Shown piece after piece: positions 8,903 through 18,071 of a DNA stretch of 64,000 nucleotides. Both the position numbers and the translations under genes were made by a program. The DNA is from Mollicutes bacterium (GTDB taxonomy: Bacteria > Bacillota_I > Bacilli_A > RF39 > UBA660), in contig JAAZKW010000010.1 of NCBI GenBank assembly GCA_012799635.1, positions 3,308-67,307 of the forward strand, written 5' to 3'. The notes under the pieces were generated by a model, which saw nothing but the letters and a program-made list of their open reading frames with translations, was not told the DNA's origin and did not search any database. The stretch's first letter is position 1. Each line of letters starts with the position of its first letter.

Positions 8903-11900
8903 TTATTCTGTTCTAAGCGCTTCAACAGGATCTTTCTTTGATGCTACTTTCGCTGGTATTAAACCACCAATTAAAGTTAATATAATTGCCAATATAACTA
9001 ATACAAAAGCATTAAGAATTGGTAATGAAGCATTAAGGGGTATATTTCCAATATAATGATGTAATACTATATTTATTATTGGTATTAATAAATAAGATAT
9101 TCCGATTCCAAATAAACCCGATAACATTCCTATAATAAATGTTTCAGCATTAAATATCGAAGATATATTTCCTTTAGAAGCTCCTATTGCTCTTAAAATA
9201 CCAATTTCTTTGGTTCTTTCATAAACTGATATATAAGTTATTACCCCAATCATAATACTTGATACAACAAGTGAAATAGATACAAAAGCAATTAATACAT
9301 AACTAACAGCATTTACTATTGTTTTAACAGTCGACATCAAAATGCCTGTTGTATCTGTATATTTAATTTCTTTTGGTTCTTCAACACTTTTATTATATTT
9401 ATCTATAAAAGATAAAAAGTTTTCTTTCCCTTCAAAGCTAGTAAAATAAACTGATACATACGTAGGTTCTTCTTTATCTTGATATCCAAGTGATATAAGG
9501 TTTGTTTTTTGAGTGGTTTTACTTGGATTCATTATTGCATTTACTACCCTTGCAAGTTCATCTTCGGTAAAATTTAATGTAAAAGCGGATGCAATTTTAT
9601 CTTGATCAATATTAAATGATGTTGCAAAATTATTTGTAATATTTGCCGTTAATTCTCCAACTTTGGTTAAAACATCTTTTTTTACTTTCGCTTCAGTCAT
9701 TGCTTTAGCCATAACGTCGCCTGTCCCTTTAATTGCAGCACTTTCTATATATGAAGATACAATTGTATCTTTAAGTTCAGGTAATATTATACCCTTAGGA
9801 TTAACACTATCGATAACAAAACCTGGATCTAAAGATGCCATATAAGTATTATATCCTGTAATATATGCTTGTAATAACCCTTTTAATAATCCATTATAAG
9901 TTGTTTTAAATGTGTTTTTAGGAATAACATAATTTTTTTCCATATTCAATAATATATTACTAGCATCAGCTGTATCAAGATAATTATTAACTAACATCTC
10001 AATTTCACTTACACTAAACTCTTTATCAATACTATTTAATAATCCCTTTATTAAAACACTTAAATTATTATTAAATAAATTACTTGCAGGTGTTATATCA
10101 GTTGTAATAAAACTTGCTATCTCATCCATATAATCTTGAGTTTGATTTTCTAGGGTTTTTTTATCAACATTAATATTAAATGCGCTTTTTAATTTCTTAT
10201 TATCAACTTTAACTAAATCGGTAAACTTAAAATCAAAATCGCTTTTTTTACTATCAAATCTATTTCCAGAAAAAACATCTATTTCACTATTTTGCAATTG
10301 TTTTTTTACAATGTTAGTTTCTTTGGAATAATTAATAATATAATCTATTAATTTTGAAGTATATGCTACCCCTGGATTTAAAGCCATTGTTGCAACCCCT
10401 TCTTTGGGACTTACAATTCCAACTATTTTTAATTTAGTTGCATTATCATATAATTTTCTCATATAAGTTTTATCTTCCTGCATATCCTCATAAACATCAT
10501 ATTTAGGATTATATTTATATCGATCCGAAGGCATTATAAGTCTTAAATCACTTTTCATTAACTTTTCATATGTAATCGTCATTGGTTTATTATTTATATC
10601 AACAGTATCCCCACCCATAATACTTGTAATCATTTGAGTAAGTTCTTCAGTATCACGAAGTCCTAAAGAATATACTAATAAATCAGATATACTATCGGGC
10701 TCAGACAATACAATTATCATTTCATCATAATTTTTAGGCCATGAACCAGCTAACATATCATAATCATCTTCAATATCACTGACATCATCAATCATCTGTG
10801 AATATATCGAGGACATTCCAGAATATGAACTCATTAAACTATTTGAACCTATCATTGATGTAAATAAATTACTTGGATTTACTTGAGCTAATTTTTTAGT
10901 TGCATCTATTGTATATATGTTAGGATCTACACTATAAGAATATTTAATGTTTGAAATATCAGTTTCTATTTTATGATAATTTTTTTCAATATATTTTTTA
11001 AAGCTTTTAAGATCATTTGTACTAACGTTGGAAAGCATTGATGTAATATATTGTTGCTCTACCACTTGATTTTTTTCTTTTTTTCCACTACTTTTATTTC
11101 GCATCGATAATAATACACTTGTAATATCAGATGATTCTTGCATAATTGTTAAAGGATAAGACGTTAATGTATCTTCTTGAATCGAATCAACATAATTTTG
11201 AAAACCAGTTGATACAGCCATAATTAAAGCAATACCAATAATACCAATAGATCCTGCAACCGAAACTAAAGTTGTTCTTCCTTTTTTTGTCATTAAATTA
11301 TTAAATGATAATGATAACGCAGTTAAAAAAGACATTTTAGTTTTACTAATCACCTTTTGTTCAACTTCTTTAGTATTAAGTTTTCCATCATAAGGATTAG
11401 AATCACTTATTATTTTTCCATCTTTTAGATTTATAATTCTACTTGAATATTCTTCGGCAAGTTCTGAATTATGAGTAACCATTATAACAAGCTTTTCTTT
11501 AGATATCTCTTTAAGTATTTTCATAATTTGAATACTTGTATCAGAATCAAGTGCACCAGTTGGTTCATCTGCTAAAATTATTTCGGGATTATTTACAAGC
11601 GCTCTTGCAATTGCAACTCTTTGCATTTGCCCACCTGATAGTTGATTAGGTCTTTTATTTGCATGCTTTTCTAACCCAACATCTTTTAATGCCTTTAAGG
11701 CTTTTTTCTTTCTTTCTTCTTTAGAACATCCTGATAAAGTTAATGCTAATTCGACATTTCTTAAAACTGTTTGATGGCCAATTAAATTATAGCTTTGAAA
11801 AACAAATCCTACTCTATGATTACGATAGCTGTCCCAATCACGATCAGAAAAATTCTTAGTACTAACTTCATTAATTATTAAATCTCCTGAATCATAATGA

Positions 11901-12064
11901 TCAAGACCTCCAATAATATTTAGAAAAGTTGTTTTACCACTACCACTGGGACCTAAAATAGAGGCAAATTCACTTTCTCTAAAATTGAGACTTACTTTAT
12001 TTAAAGCTTTTTGTTCAAAATCTCCTGTTTTATATATCTTCGTTATATTTTTTATTTCTAACAT
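8903..12064 (-). CDS. MacB-type fused ABC transporter (N-terminal ATPase plus FtsX-family permease) with a very large extracytoplasmic domain
   Basis: 1053 aa with Walker A GPSGSGKTT, signature LSGGQMQRVAIARAL and Walker B ILADEPTGALD. One TM segment lies near aa 265-285 and a cluster of TM segments after about aa 915. Confidence 0.85.
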   Translation of the reverse strand: MLEIKNITKIYKTGDFEQKALNKVSLNFRESEFASILGPSGSGKTTFLNIIGGLDHYDSGDLIINEVSTKNFSDRDWDSYRNHRVGFVFQSYNLIGHQTVLRNVELALTLSGCSKEERKKKALKALKDVGLEKHANKRPNQLSGGQMQRVAIARALVNNPEIILADEPTGALDSDTSIQIMKILKEISKEKLVIMVTHNSELAEEYSSRIINLKDGKIISDSNPYDGKLNTKEVEQKVISKTKMSFLTALSLSFNNLMTKKGRTTLVSVAGSIGIIGIALIMAVSTGFQNYVDSIQEDTLTSYPLTIMQESSDITSVLLSMRNKSSGKKEKNQVVEQQYITSMLSNVSTNDLKSFKKYIEKNYHKIETDISNIKYSYSVDPNIYTIDATKKLAQVNPSNLFTSMIGSNSLMSSYSGMSSIYSQMIDDVSDIEDDYDMLAGSWPKNYDEMIIVLSEPDSISDLLVYSLGLRDTEELTQMITSIMGGDTVDINNKPMTITYEKLMKSDLRLIMPSDRYKYNPKYDVYEDMQEDKTYMRKLYDNATKLKIVGIVSPKEGVATMALNPGVAYTSKLIDYIINYSKETNIVKKQLQNSEIDVFSGNRFDSKKSDFDFKFTDLVKVDNKKLKSAFNINVDKKTLENQTQDYMDEIASFITTDITPASNLFNNNLSVLIKGLLNSIDKEFSVSEIEMLVNNYLDTADASNILLNMEKNYVIPKNTFKTTYNGLLKGLLQAYITGYNTYMASLDPGFVIDSVNPKGIILPELKDTIVSSYIESAAIKGTGDVMAKAMTEAKVKKDVLTKVGELTANITNNFATSFNIDQDKIASAFTLNFTEDELARVVNAIMNPSKTTQKTNLISLGYQDKEEPTYVSVYFTSFEGKENFLSFIDKYNKSVEEPKEIKYTDTTGILMSTVKTIVNAVSYVLIAFVSISLVVSSIMIGVITYISVYERTKEIGILRAIGASKGNISSIFNAETFIIGMLSGLFGIGISYLLIPIINIVLHHYIGNIPLNASLPILNAFVLVILAIILTLIGGLIPAKVASKKDPVEALRTE

Positions 12065-12152
12065 GTTACCACCCTTTGCTCAAGTTAATTATTATAACAT
12101 CTATCAAATAATTATTCTAGGTAAATGAAGATATTTTTGATATAATTGTTTT

Positions 12153-12908
12153 ATGTTAAAAAGAAAATTTAAAAATAAATATAATTATGAAAATTTACCT
12201 GAAGATGCTGTTGTTGTTAAGAACTGGGAACCGTTAAAATTTGAAATTAAAGATAATTACAAATATATATCTGAAAATATTGTTTTTAATTGCTTTTCAA
12301 ATATCTTTGGTTTCATTGCTGCCATAATATTAACCGTTTTTAATAAGATATTTTATGGATACAAAATTAAAAATAAAAATAAGATTTTAAAAAACACGGG
12401 ATTTATAAGCATATCTAATCATATTCATCAAATGGATTGTACTTTTATAGCCCTTTCATATTTTCCTCGGAGAGTATATTTTCCTACTTTAGCAAGCAAT
12501 TTTAAAATACCAGTTGTAAGACACATCATAAAATTATTTTATGCCATCCCTATACCAAAAAAATCTAAACAATTGCTAACTTTCTATAATAAGATTATTA
12601 ACGCTTTAAAAAAAGGAAAGATTGTTCATATGTATCCAGAAGGTTCTTTATGGCCATATTATGATAAAATTAGAAACTTTAAAGAAGGAGCATTTAAAAT
12701 GGCAGTAGATGCTGGTGTTCCTATCCAACCAGTTATATTTAAATATAAACAAAGATGGTATAAAATAAAACCCGCAATTATATGCGAAATATTAGACCCA
12801 ATATATCCAAATAAAGAACTTAAAAGAAATGATTGTATAAAAGATCTGAAAAATAGATGTTTAAATGAAATGAGGAAAGAAAATGAAAGTATTAATACTA
12901 TCCTGTAA
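12153..12908 (+). CDS. 1-acyl-sn-glycerol-3-phosphate acyltransferase family protein
   Basis: 251 aa with the HX4D motif (NHIHQMD) and a YPEGS second acyltransferase motif. The N-terminus is hydrophobic. Confidence 0.7.
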   Translation: MLKRKFKNKYNYENLPEDAVVVKNWEPLKFEIKDNYKYISENIVFNCFSNIFGFIAAIILTVFNKIFYGYKIKNKNKILKNTGFISISNHIHQMDCTFIALSYFPRRVYFPTLASNFKIPVVRHIIKLFYAIPIPKKSKQLLTFYNKIINALKKGKIVHMYPEGSLWPYYDKIRNFKEGAFKMAVDAGVPIQPVIFKYKQRWYKIKPAIICEILDPIYPNKELKRNDCIKDLKNRCLNEMRKENESINTIL

Positions 12909-13956
12909 TACAGGGGGCGGACATAATTCATGTGGTAAGTATATTAAAGAAGAGTTGCTTTTTAATAATATTGAGTGTGACTTTAAAAATTATTTTGAAA
13001 TAGTAAATTTAAGTAAAAAGGATTTCTCAGATAAATTATATATAGGTTCTCTTGGTAAAAAAGGTGGTTTATTTAAATATATGTATAAAATGGGAGAAGC
13101 TTATGATAAGATGAATATCAAATCACCAGTATACCTAGCAAACCAATTACATGCTAATAAGCTTTATAAATTTATTGATGAAAATAAGTATGATTTAGTT
13201 ATATGTCCCCATTTATTTCCGGGACAAGCATTAACAGAAATAAATAAAAAACATCATATAAACTTTATCTTTGTGGCAACTGATTATGAATATCACCCTT
13301 TTACTGATGAGATAAAAGCAGATTATTATGTTATTCCCAAAGGTTTAGAAGAAAGATTTATATCTAAAGGTATTGATGAAAATAAATTACTATCTTTTGG
13401 TATCCCTATATCTAGTAAATTTATTACTAATGCTAAATTAATTAAAAAGAATAATGAAAATAAAAAAAATATTTTAATTCTTTTAGGTAGTATGGGGTTT
13501 GGCAGTATTAATAAAATACTTGATGATCTTCTTAATATTAAAAATATATATATTACTATAGTTTGTGGTAATAATCATAAGTTATATAATGAATTAAATA
13601 ATTATAATAATGAAAATTTAAATATAATAGGCTTTTCTAAAAACATCAATGATTTAATCAAGTCATCCGATATTGTTATCTCTAAACCTGGGGGTCTTTC
13701 TTCAACAGAAATAGCTTGTTTTAGAAAAGGTCTTATTCATGTTTTCCCTATTCCAGGAGTTGAAACAAGTAATACAGAGTTTTTTAGCAAACATAATTTA
13801 AGTTTTGTTGCTAATAATAAAGAAGAAATAATTAATTATATTAATCTTCTTATTAATGATAATAAAATTTATAATAAGATGATTGAAAGTCAAAAAGAAA
13901 TGATTAATCAAAACAGTGCTATGGATTTAGTAGCATTCATTAAAGACAAATATTAA
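12883..13956 (+). CDS. Diacylglycerol glycosyltransferase (MGDG synthase / UgtP-like, GT28 family)
   Basis: 357 aa with the N-terminus MKVLILSCNTGGGHNS typical of the UgtP/MGDG synthase family. It overlaps the acyltransferase gene by 26 nt. Confidence 0.7.
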   Translation: MKVLILSCNTGGGHNSCGKYIKEELLFNNIECDFKNYFEIVNLSKKDFSDKLYIGSLGKKGGLFKYMYKMGEAYDKMNIKSPVYLANQLHANKLYKFIDENKYDLVICPHLFPGQALTEINKKHHINFIFVATDYEYHPFTDEIKADYYVIPKGLEERFISKGIDENKLLSFGIPISSKFITNAKLIKKNNENKKNILILLGSMGFGSINKILDDLLNIKNIYITIVCGNNHKLYNELNNYNNENLNIIGFSKNINDLIKSSDIVISKPGGLSSTEIACFRKGLIHVFPIPGVETSNTEFFSKHNLSFVANNKEEIINYINLLINDNKIYNKMIESQKEMINQNSAMDLVAFIKDKY

Positions 13957-13970
13957 ATTATTTATTTTTT

Positions 13971-14038
13971 TATACCAAATAAAAATGTCTTATATTTAAG
14001 ACATTTAATGTCATTTATAGAGTCCTTGAAAGGATTTG
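13971..14038. repeat. Left direct repeat of the tRNA-Arg island: terminator hairpin plus a displaced 17-nt tRNA-Arg 3' fragment
   Basis: 68 nt. It shares perfect blocks tataccaaataaaaatgtctta (22 nt) and gtccttgaaaggatttg (17 nt), plus the aatgtctta/taagacatt hairpin, with 21112-21178. Confidence 0.85.
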
Positions 14039-14105
14039 CATTATTCCTATTCTAAACTGTTTTTTCTGTTCTTTTATTGATAATTTACCCTACAATGAAA
14101 CTATT

Positions 14106-16061
14106 TTATAAACCCCCTTTATAAAAATAAATTTTCATGGCATTATCTGAATATATTGGTTTAGACACATCAATATCCAAAACTTTACCAATATAATATA
14201 TTATGAATTGTGACGCAATAAGCAAATCAAATTCTGCTAAAATGCCATCATATTTACTTTCAATTAATATATAATCATTATCTAAATACTTTAACAGTTC
14301 AATTTCATATTTAGTAGTAGATTTTTGCTTAAAATATATTGAAAAATTATTTCCTAAATTTTCATAATTAATAAATCTTCCATGAGAAAAATTCTTTTTT
14401 TCATGAATTATACAATTAAATATGCCCGATTCAATAATTTTACTTTCTAAATCGTAACAAGCAGCATCAGTATAATCGCCTCTAAAAATATTCACCAAAT
14501 TATTCTTTTTTATTTTTTCTATTATTTTTTTATCTACTAATCCTTCTATTTGTCTGTCCCAATACATAATTGATTTTTTTATAAAATCGTTAATATCAAT
14601 ATCATAATTTACTTTCTCTAAATAATATTTTAAAAATATTGCTGCTGGGGCTACAGCTCCTTCGAACGAAAGAAATCCTCTCTCTTTTCCTTTATTAGAC
14701 GCAGTTCTATAACTTAATATATTTTCCTTCAAAAAATCTGTTTTTAATACTATATTTTGCAGTTCGCCTTTTGTAATTATATAAACATCCTTCTTATCAA
14801 ACTCTCTAGCGCTGCAAACAATATCATTAGTTGTTCCTGAATATGAAAACAAAATAATTTTATTAATATTACTATTATTTCTATATAATATATCTCTCGG
14901 ATATAATGAATAAGTATTACATCCATATAATGCATTTATTACTTTTGATGAAAAAATTGAACCAGCATATGATCCTCCTGTGCCTATAAATAAACAGTTT
15001 GTATCTTTACAAAAACCGATTTCTTCTAATTTTTTACATGCTGGGGAATTAACAGCATTAATAACTCTCTTTTCTAGATTGTTTATATTAATATTACATC
15101 TTTTTATTTTTTTTCTTTCAATAAGATCAAATTTATCACACGTACAAGTTTCATTTACTTTTTTTAATTTAAACAATGAATTTATGTGTCCTCTTGCGCC
15201 TATTTTTGAAACAACTTTAGCAGTGAGTTTGTTAGATTTCAAATACCACTTTTTTAATTTATGTGAATCATATTTAAAATCGTTTTTTATACTATCTTTA
15301 ATAACACTTGAAATAAATGCATCCCCCGCACCAGTAGAATCTACTACATCACCTTTTAATTCAAGCTCGAAATTATGAACTTTATTATTTGCTATAAATG
15401 TTGCACCATCCTCACCCCTTGTGATAGTCATTAAATTAGGGTTGATGATCTTATATAAGTCAATGTCGTTTTTTAAGTTTAACCTTTTTAAAAGGTAATT
15501 ACTTACTCTTTCATTAAAATTAATTATCTCAAATTTTTGCTTTAACTTTTTTATTATTTCATCATTTGACATATTTTCTAACTCAAAATACTGACCTAAA
15601 TCAATTATTTTTTTATTAATAGTATTATCAATTATTATTTGGTTCTTTATATTTAAATTGTCAAAAACTAAAATATCATCTGTTTTAATGTTAGCAAGAA
15701 CATAATTGGTTTCCAATAAGCTTTCATCATACCATTTTTTACTATTACAAAATGGGCATCTTTTTTTAGAAGTTAAGAACAATTTGCCGTTTTTTTCATA
15801 ATAAGATACATGAAAGCACCTCGTTCTAGTACCTTCAACAATTTTTATATTATCTATATCAACTTTAAGTTTTTCTAAACTTTTAATTGCAATTTTTCCC
15901 TGGTCATCATTACCACAACAAGCAAACACCGTAGTCTTCAACCCCATTTTTGCTAAATTAGCAATTATATTTTGTGAGGTCATACCACCATTTACGCCTA
16001 ATAATTTGTCATCTTTATAATAAAAATCTGTTACTAAATCTCCTATGCTTACTACTCTCAT
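14106..16061 (-). CDS. Fusion protein: PfkB-family sugar kinase (N-terminal) plus a double SIS phosphosugar isomerase/deglycase-like domain (C-terminal)
   Basis: 651 aa. The PfkB signature DSTGAGDAF lies near aa 240. The first SIS motif is FIGTGGSYAGS ... LFSYSGTTND. The second half, LESKIIESGIFNCIIHEKKNFSHGRF, resembles the GlmS/AgaS/FrlB C-terminal SIS domain. CxxC (CPFCNS) and CTC...C cysteine clusters are present. Confidence 0.75.
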   Translation of the reverse strand: MRVVSIGDLVTDFYYKDDKLLGVNGGMTSQNIIANLAKMGLKTTVFACCGNDDQGKIAIKSLEKLKVDIDNIKIVEGTRTRCFHVSYYEKNGKLFLTSKKRCPFCNSKKWYDESLLETNYVLANIKTDDILVFDNLNIKNQIIIDNTINKKIIDLGQYFELENMSNDEIIKKLKQKFEIINFNERVSNYLLKRLNLKNDIDLYKIINPNLMTITRGEDGATFIANNKVHNFELELKGDVVDSTGAGDAFISSVIKDSIKNDFKYDSHKLKKWYLKSNKLTAKVVSKIGARGHINSLFKLKKVNETCTCDKFDLIERKKIKRCNININNLEKRVINAVNSPACKKLEEIGFCKDTNCLFIGTGGSYAGSIFSSKVINALYGCNTYSLYPRDILYRNNSNINKIILFSYSGTTNDIVCSAREFDKKDVYIITKGELQNIVLKTDFLKENILSYRTASNKGKERGFLSFEGAVAPAAIFLKYYLEKVNYDIDINDFIKKSIMYWDRQIEGLVDKKIIEKIKKNNLVNIFRGDYTDAACYDLESKIIESGIFNCIIHEKKNFSHGRFINYENLGNNFSIYFKQKSTTKYEIELLKYLDNDYILIESKYDGILAEFDLLIASQFIIYYIGKVLDIDVSKPIYSDNAMKIYFYKGGL

Positions 16062-16249
16062 TTTAATATCCTCCTTTTGTCATTAAAAATATTACAAAAA
16101 TCGCTCAACGATTCATTGCCTATATAACACTGAATTATATTATGCATATTAAAAGTTAAAAATATAAGTTCGTCTTGAAATCTCTTAGATTTATCTGTTA
16201 TTTCTTTATTAAAATAACTTTCTTTTATCCACATATCAACCTCATTTAC

Positions 16250-17122
16250 TCAAACCGTTATGAAAGATAAAAACACATCCTTATCTTTTATTTCAATAAT
16301 ACAATTATAGCCTGACATAAAAGACTTTATTCTATTATAATTAAGAATATCATTATTATAACAATAAGACATTATAATTCTACCTATATCCAATAATGGC
16401 GAATTAAATCTTACTAACTCAAAGTCCAATATTTTAGGCATATCTTTTTCAAAAAGAATATTATCAGCAGCGAAATCGCCATGAGTCATAGAAATAGGTA
16501 TTTCATCGATTATATTTATTTCACTTAATAATGTTAATATTTTTTGGTGTTTTATTAATAACTCATAATATAGCTTGGGAGTGTTTTGATTTTTCTTATT
16601 GACTTTAGCTTCATATCTTTCAAACAATTTATCAATTGTTGGAATTTTTAAATATTCCCCTTTGTAAGGAGTTTTATCCACGTTTCTAAATAAATAATGC
16701 ATTTTAGCGCATTCTCGCCCAAGATAATATAATTGAACATCATTAATACTTTCTCTTAAAACATGATGACCACTCAAAAAACCTATTAATGCTAAACGAT
16801 CATTACCATAAGGCAATAATATTCTATTTTTCTTATCGGGTTCTATATACTCACAATTTAGATTATTGCAATACATAACATTTTCTATTCTTAAATTATT
16901 TAAAAGTTGATTATCCAAATAATCAGTAGAAAATTCATTGTTACTCATTTTACTCACTTTTCTTGAACTAAATATTTTTATAACATATTTGGTATTTGCT
17001 AAATCTCTACATATGAATTTTTTATTCATCCATCCACCAGACAATATATTAATATCGACAAGCTCAATTCCATAATTTTCATAGATTATAACCTTTAAAT
17101 TACTTTCCACCATTATCACCAT
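16250..17122 (-). CDS. Aminoglycoside/choline/fructosamine-kinase-like phosphotransferase (APH fold), ending at an in-frame TGA
   Basis: 290 aa with the Brenner motif HGDFAADNILF and ILDFE. The same frame stays open for 63 more codons after the TGA at 16250-16252 and ends in an ATGA overlap with the next gene at 16058-16061. Confidence 0.7.
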   Translation of the reverse strand: MVIMVESNLKVIIYENYGIELVDINILSGGWMNKKFICRDLANTKYVIKIFSSRKVSKMSNNEFSTDYLDNQLLNNLRIENVMYCNNLNCEYIEPDKKNRILLPYGNDRLALIGFLSGHHVLRESINDVQLYYLGRECAKMHYLFRNVDKTPYKGEYLKIPTIDKLFERYEAKVNKKNQNTPKLYYELLIKHQKILTLLSEINIIDEIPISMTHGDFAADNILFEKDMPKILDFELVRFNSPLLDIGRIIMSYCYNNDILNYNRIKSFMSGYNCIIEIKDKDVFLSFITV

Positions 17123-18071
17123 CTATATATTCCTTTGCTATTTTAATTATTTCTTCGATTGTTTTTCTATTTGAAAAACCTGCTGCATGTGTATGCCCAC
17201 CACCAGTTAATAATTCTGCTAATTTACTTGCATCTAATTTGTTTTTACTACGTATCTCACCCTTCTTTTTATTTCCAAAATCCATTATTACTATCATAAC
17301 ATCAATATCTTCTCTACTTAAAATAGCAGGAATACATTTTTTTGAAATATCAGAATAAGAGACTAAATTAAATAGTGGTTTTTTCATATCTAGAACTACA
17401 TAATGAAAGTTAGATACTATTAAATTATTATTTATATAAGAAATAATATCCATTTCGTTTTTTGTCTTTTCTAAATAAAATTTCTTTATCAAAAATTCAC
17501 CATCAACATCATTCTTTAATAATTTACTAACTATAGAAAATGTTTTACTTGAAGCAGCATTAGAAAATAAATTAGTATCACTTATTATTCCTGTAAAAAT
17601 AAGTTCAGATATTTTTTTATCACAATTAAGATCCAACTTTTTTATAATGTCATAAATTATTTCACAAGTAGAACTTGCACTATAATCACTTAAAATAAAT
17701 TCAGCATTTGTTATGTTACCATTATGATGATCAATATTAATCCTATAATTTGCATTATTATAATATTCTTCAATAGAATCAGGCAATCTTGAAGTTCTAT
17801 TTAAATCTATTGCTATAAAGGTAAAATCTTTTGATGTAATTTTTTGACACAATAAATCATTTAAATCAAAATAACTAATTTTATTTATACTTTCAGGTTC
17901 AATAAATGCTTTTACATTTTTATTGATTTTTTTTAAACCATACGCTAATGCTAAAGATGAACACATTGAATCATAGTCGGCATTTTTATGTCCAGCAATT
18001 ATAATATCATTTGACAAGTTTTTAAGTATATCTGCTAGCTTTTTTGTATTTTTTTTCTTAACATTTTTCAT
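17100..18071 (-). CDS. DHH/DHHA1 family phosphoesterase (NrnA-like paralogue)
   Basis: 323 aa with AGHKNADYDSMCSS (DHH motif I/II region), NIDHHNGN (DHH) and GGGHTHAAGF (DHHA1 GGGH). Confidence 0.8.
   Translation of the reverse strand: MKNVKKKNTKKLADILKNLSNDIIIAGHKNADYDSMCSSLALAYGLKKINKNVKAFIEPESINKISYFDLNDLLCQKITSKDFTFIAIDLNRTSRLPDSIEEYYNNANYRINIDHHNGNITNAEFILSDYSASSTCEIIYDIIKKLDLNCDKKISELIFTGIISDTNLFSNAASSKTFSIVSKLLKNDVDGEFLIKKFYLEKTKNEMDIISYINNNLIVSNFHYVVLDMKKPLFNLVSYSDISKKCIPAILSREDIDVMIVIMDFGNKKKGEIRSKNKLDASKLAELLTGGGHTHAAGFSNRKTIEEIIKIAKEYIDGDNGGK

Noticed and set aside
14980-15378. 132-aa plus-strand ORF inside the PfkB-SIS gene. Similar antisense ORFs occur at 1014-1214, 1828-2016, 5632-5826, 6406-6797, 8342-8545, 9663-9845, 12659-12931, 18771-18998, 22456-22956, 25156-25631, 28084-28305, 29020-29822, 31029-31250, 33317-33610, 33773-34280, 35755-35976, 37075-37689, 38080-38890, 44086-44343, 48482-48730, 49462-49713, 59959-60183 and 63643-63831.
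   Set aside because: Each lies antisense to, or nested within, a well-supported gene. They have the S/F/L/I-rich low-complexity composition expected from reading K/E/N-rich genes backwards. They lack RBS motifs.
16250-16252. Possibility that the organism uses genetic code 4 (TGA = Trp), prompted by the open frame after the kinase TGA
   Set aside because: All long housekeeping ORFs in the window (lepA, nrdD, pncB, alaS, murD, ABC transporter and others) are full length under code 11 and encode Trp with TGG. None needs TGA readthrough. The anomaly is confined to one island gene, so a nonsense mutation is the simpler reading. A foreign code-4 donor remains conceivable and is mentioned in the finding.
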